Assembly (NCBI RefSeq): GCF_963921235.1
Contig: NC_086097.1
Coordinates: 12,524,001 to 12,588,000 of the forward strand
DNA: 64,000 nucleotides
Direction: 5' to 3'
Source: Mobula hypostoma
Lineage: Eukaryota
Of the stretch, positions 61,290 to 64,000 are shown in pieces. The position numbers were made by a program, and so were the translations under genes. The first letter of the stretch is position 1. Each line of letters begins with the position of its first letter. Below the pieces are notes generated by a model, which searched no databases, was not told the origin of the DNA, and saw nothing but the letters and a program-made list of their open reading frames with translations.

Positions 61290-63870
61290 CCTGAGAGGTT
61301 GACCTTTGGTGACACAGTGTGAGGTTTAAAAAGAGCTCAGGTGCCTTTTGGCTTTTTGTTTTGGTGGGCTGCAATCAGCACAAGGCCGATATAAAGAAAA
61401 GAGGTGTAAACAGAGTGGTCACTGTCGGAGCGGGCAGTCTGTGAGTGGACAGTGTTAGAGTGGTCTGGCTTTGGCTCACCAGGCTTAGGCGAGAACAGAC
61501 TTGGACTAGCACACACAGACTTTCTCAGTAAGGAGGTTCTGTGAGATGTGGGAATTCTAGAAGATCTCCCGTCTCCCTAATAACTACATCCGCCAAAGGG
61601 GCAGTCAGTGCAGCTCCTTAGAGACCACGTTAAGAAACTGGAGCTGCACCTCAATGACATTCAGCTCATGCAGGAAAGAGAGGAGGTGATAGATAGGAGC
61701 TACAAGGAGGTAGTCACCCCAAAGTTGAAGCCAGGTACCTAGGTGACTTTCAGCAGAGGGAAAGGGAATTGGCACCAGTGCAGAGTACCCCTGTGGCCAT
61801 TCCCCTCAAAAATAAGTAAACTTCTTTGGATACTTTTCTTTTGTGGGGACTACCAGGGAGAAGTGGGTGCAACTGGGACTCTGGCACTGAATCTGGCTTC
61901 GTGGCTCGGATGGAAAGGAGGGAGAAGTGGATTACAATAGTGATAGAGGATTCCATAATTAGAGGAGCAGAAAGCAGATTCTGTGGATGTGAAAGAGACA
62001 CCCGGATGGTATGATGCCTCCTAGGAGCCAGGGTCAGGGATGTCTCCGACTGGGTCCACGGCATTCTAAAATGGGAGGGTGAACAGCCAGACATTCTGGT
62101 GCATATTGGCACCAACAACACACAGTAGACAGGAAAAGGAAAGAGGTCCTGAAGAGAGAATATAGAGGTAGGATGTTCGGCAGAAAGCTGAAAAGCAGGA
62201 GCTCCAGGGTTGTAATTGTAAATGGATTGCTGCCTCTGTCATACACTAGTGTGGGTAAGAATTGAATAATTTGGCAGATGGATGCATGGCTGAAGAATTG
62301 GTGCAGGGGCCAGGTTCCAGATTTATGGATCATTAGGATCTCTTCTGGGAATATATGACCTATTCAAAAGGAGCGAGTTACATTTGAACCCAAAGGGGAC
62401 CAATATCCTTGCAGGCAGGTTTGCTAGAGCTGTCTGGAAGGGTTTAAACTAATTTGGCAGAGGGATAGGAACAGGAGTAATAGGACAGAGGATGGGGCAG
62501 TTGGTATACAACTAGATGCAGTGTGTAATGAGACCAAAAGGAAGGATGGGCAGATGATAGGGCAAAATTGCAGTCAGTGGGATGAGTTGAAATGTAACGG
62601 GGGGCCAAAATGAAAAAGGGCCATTAATGCAGGACTGAAAGTGTTATATCTCAATGCATGCAGTATACGGAATATGGAAGATGATCTTGTAGCACAGTTA
62701 GAGGTTGGCAGGTATGATGTTGTGGGCGTCACTGGATCATGGCTGAAAGAAAATCATCATTGAGAGCATAACATCCAAGGATTCACATTGTATCGAAAGG
62801 ACAGGCAGGTAGCCTTGGGGGGTGGAGTGGCTCTGTTGGTAAAAAATGAAATAAAATCTTTAGAAAGAGGTGACATAGGATCAGAAGATGTAGATTATTT
62901 GTGGGTAGAGTTAAGAAACTACAAGGGTAAAAAGACTGTGGTTTGAGTTACAGTATATACAAGCCTCTGAACAGTAGCCAGGATTTGGGCTGCAAATTAC
63001 AATGGGCGAAAGAAAAGGCACGGAAAAGGGGCTATGTTTTCATAATCATGGGGATTTCAATATGCAGAAAGACTGGGAGAATCTTTTTCCCAATGTGTCG
63101 GATTCCAAGAGAGGGAATCTGCATAATGTCTAAGAGTAGCTTTTAGTTGAGCCCACTAGGGCAAAAGCAATTCTGGACTGGATGTTATGTAACAACTTAG
63201 ATTTGATCAGAGAGCTTAAGGTAAATAAACCCCTAGGGGACATTGAGCATAATATGATAGAATTCACTCAGTGATTTTAAAAGAAGCTAAAATCAGGCAT
63301 GTTGGTATTACAGTGGGGTAAAGGGAATTACAGATGCGTTGGAGAGGAGCTGGCCAAGGGTGATTGGAAGTGGACACTAGTAGGGATAATGACAGGACAG
63401 CAATGGCTGGTGCTTTGGGGGGAAATTCAGAAGGCACAGGAAGAGATATTTTAAAGGGAGGATCAGGCAACTGCGGCAACAAATAAAGTCAAAGACAGCC
63501 TAACAGCCAAAGAGAAGGCAAATATTGCAAAAATCAATGGGAAGTCAGAGAATTGGGAAGCTTTTAAAAACCAGCAGAAGGCAACTAAAAAGATATGAAG
63601 GAATTATAGATGAAATATGAAGGTAAGCTAGCCAATAATATAAAAGAGGATACAAAAAGCCTTTTCGGTATATAAAGAGTAAAAGAGAAATGAGAGTGGA
63701 TAACAGGCTTCTGGAAAATGACGCTGAAGAGATAGTAATGGGCACAAAGAAATGGTGGATGAATTGAATAAGTATTTTGCATCAGCTTTTACTGTGGAGG
63801 ACACTAGCAGTATGTCAGAAATGCAAGAACATCAGGGGCAGAAGTGAGTTTTATTGCTATTATTCTGAGA
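61290..63870 (+). mobile_element. Degenerate CR1 5' half (5' UTR, ORF1 with esterase domain, ORF2 endonuclease)
   Basis: 'IVIEDSIIRGAESRFCG' (GDS motif), 'ILVHIGTN', 'GLKVLYLNACSIRN', 'YDVVGVTGSWL'; many stops. Confidence 0.85.
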
Positions 63871-64000
63871 TGTATGTGATTAGTGGACTGTACTTTATAT
63901 TGGTTTCTTTCAGGTTTTCAGTGTTTTCTTTCTTGTGGGTGATTGGTGGATGGGCGATCTGTTAATATTTGTGTGTAAGGGGGAGGTGGAGTTTGGATTT

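Overview
Eukaryotic, TE-dominated non-coding DNA from a vertebrate. The repeat complement (many CR1 families with 8-mer tails, V-SINEs, Penelope termini, IR/DR Tc1) points to a cartilaginous fish, probably a ray; this is inference, no database was searched. I found no host protein-coding exon, RNA gene, CRISPR array or operon, and nearly all ORFs in the track are TE remnants or their antisense shadows. Resolved content: a deleted BEL/Pao LTR element with 5-bp TSD (5553-11526); three solo LTRs with exact 4-bp TSDs; a Gypsy 5' LTR with tRNA-Pro PBS and PNMA-like gag; a near-complete Penelope (RT + GIY-YIG); an R4/Dong-type relic in four pieces; two bipartite RTE-derived elements; three Tc1 pieces; many CR1 and Rex/L2-like fragments in nests up to four deep; and four repeat-free islands that look like conserved non-coding elements. 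The most unusual items are a 91-bp hammerhead-ribozyme-bearing Penelope terminus with a 12-bp TSD that breaks an otherwise open CR1 ORF2, a 40-bp minisatellite built around a Pol III B-box, and the structured RTE-derived elements. I cannot support a wholly new biological system here. Boundaries without a stated TSD are approximate.
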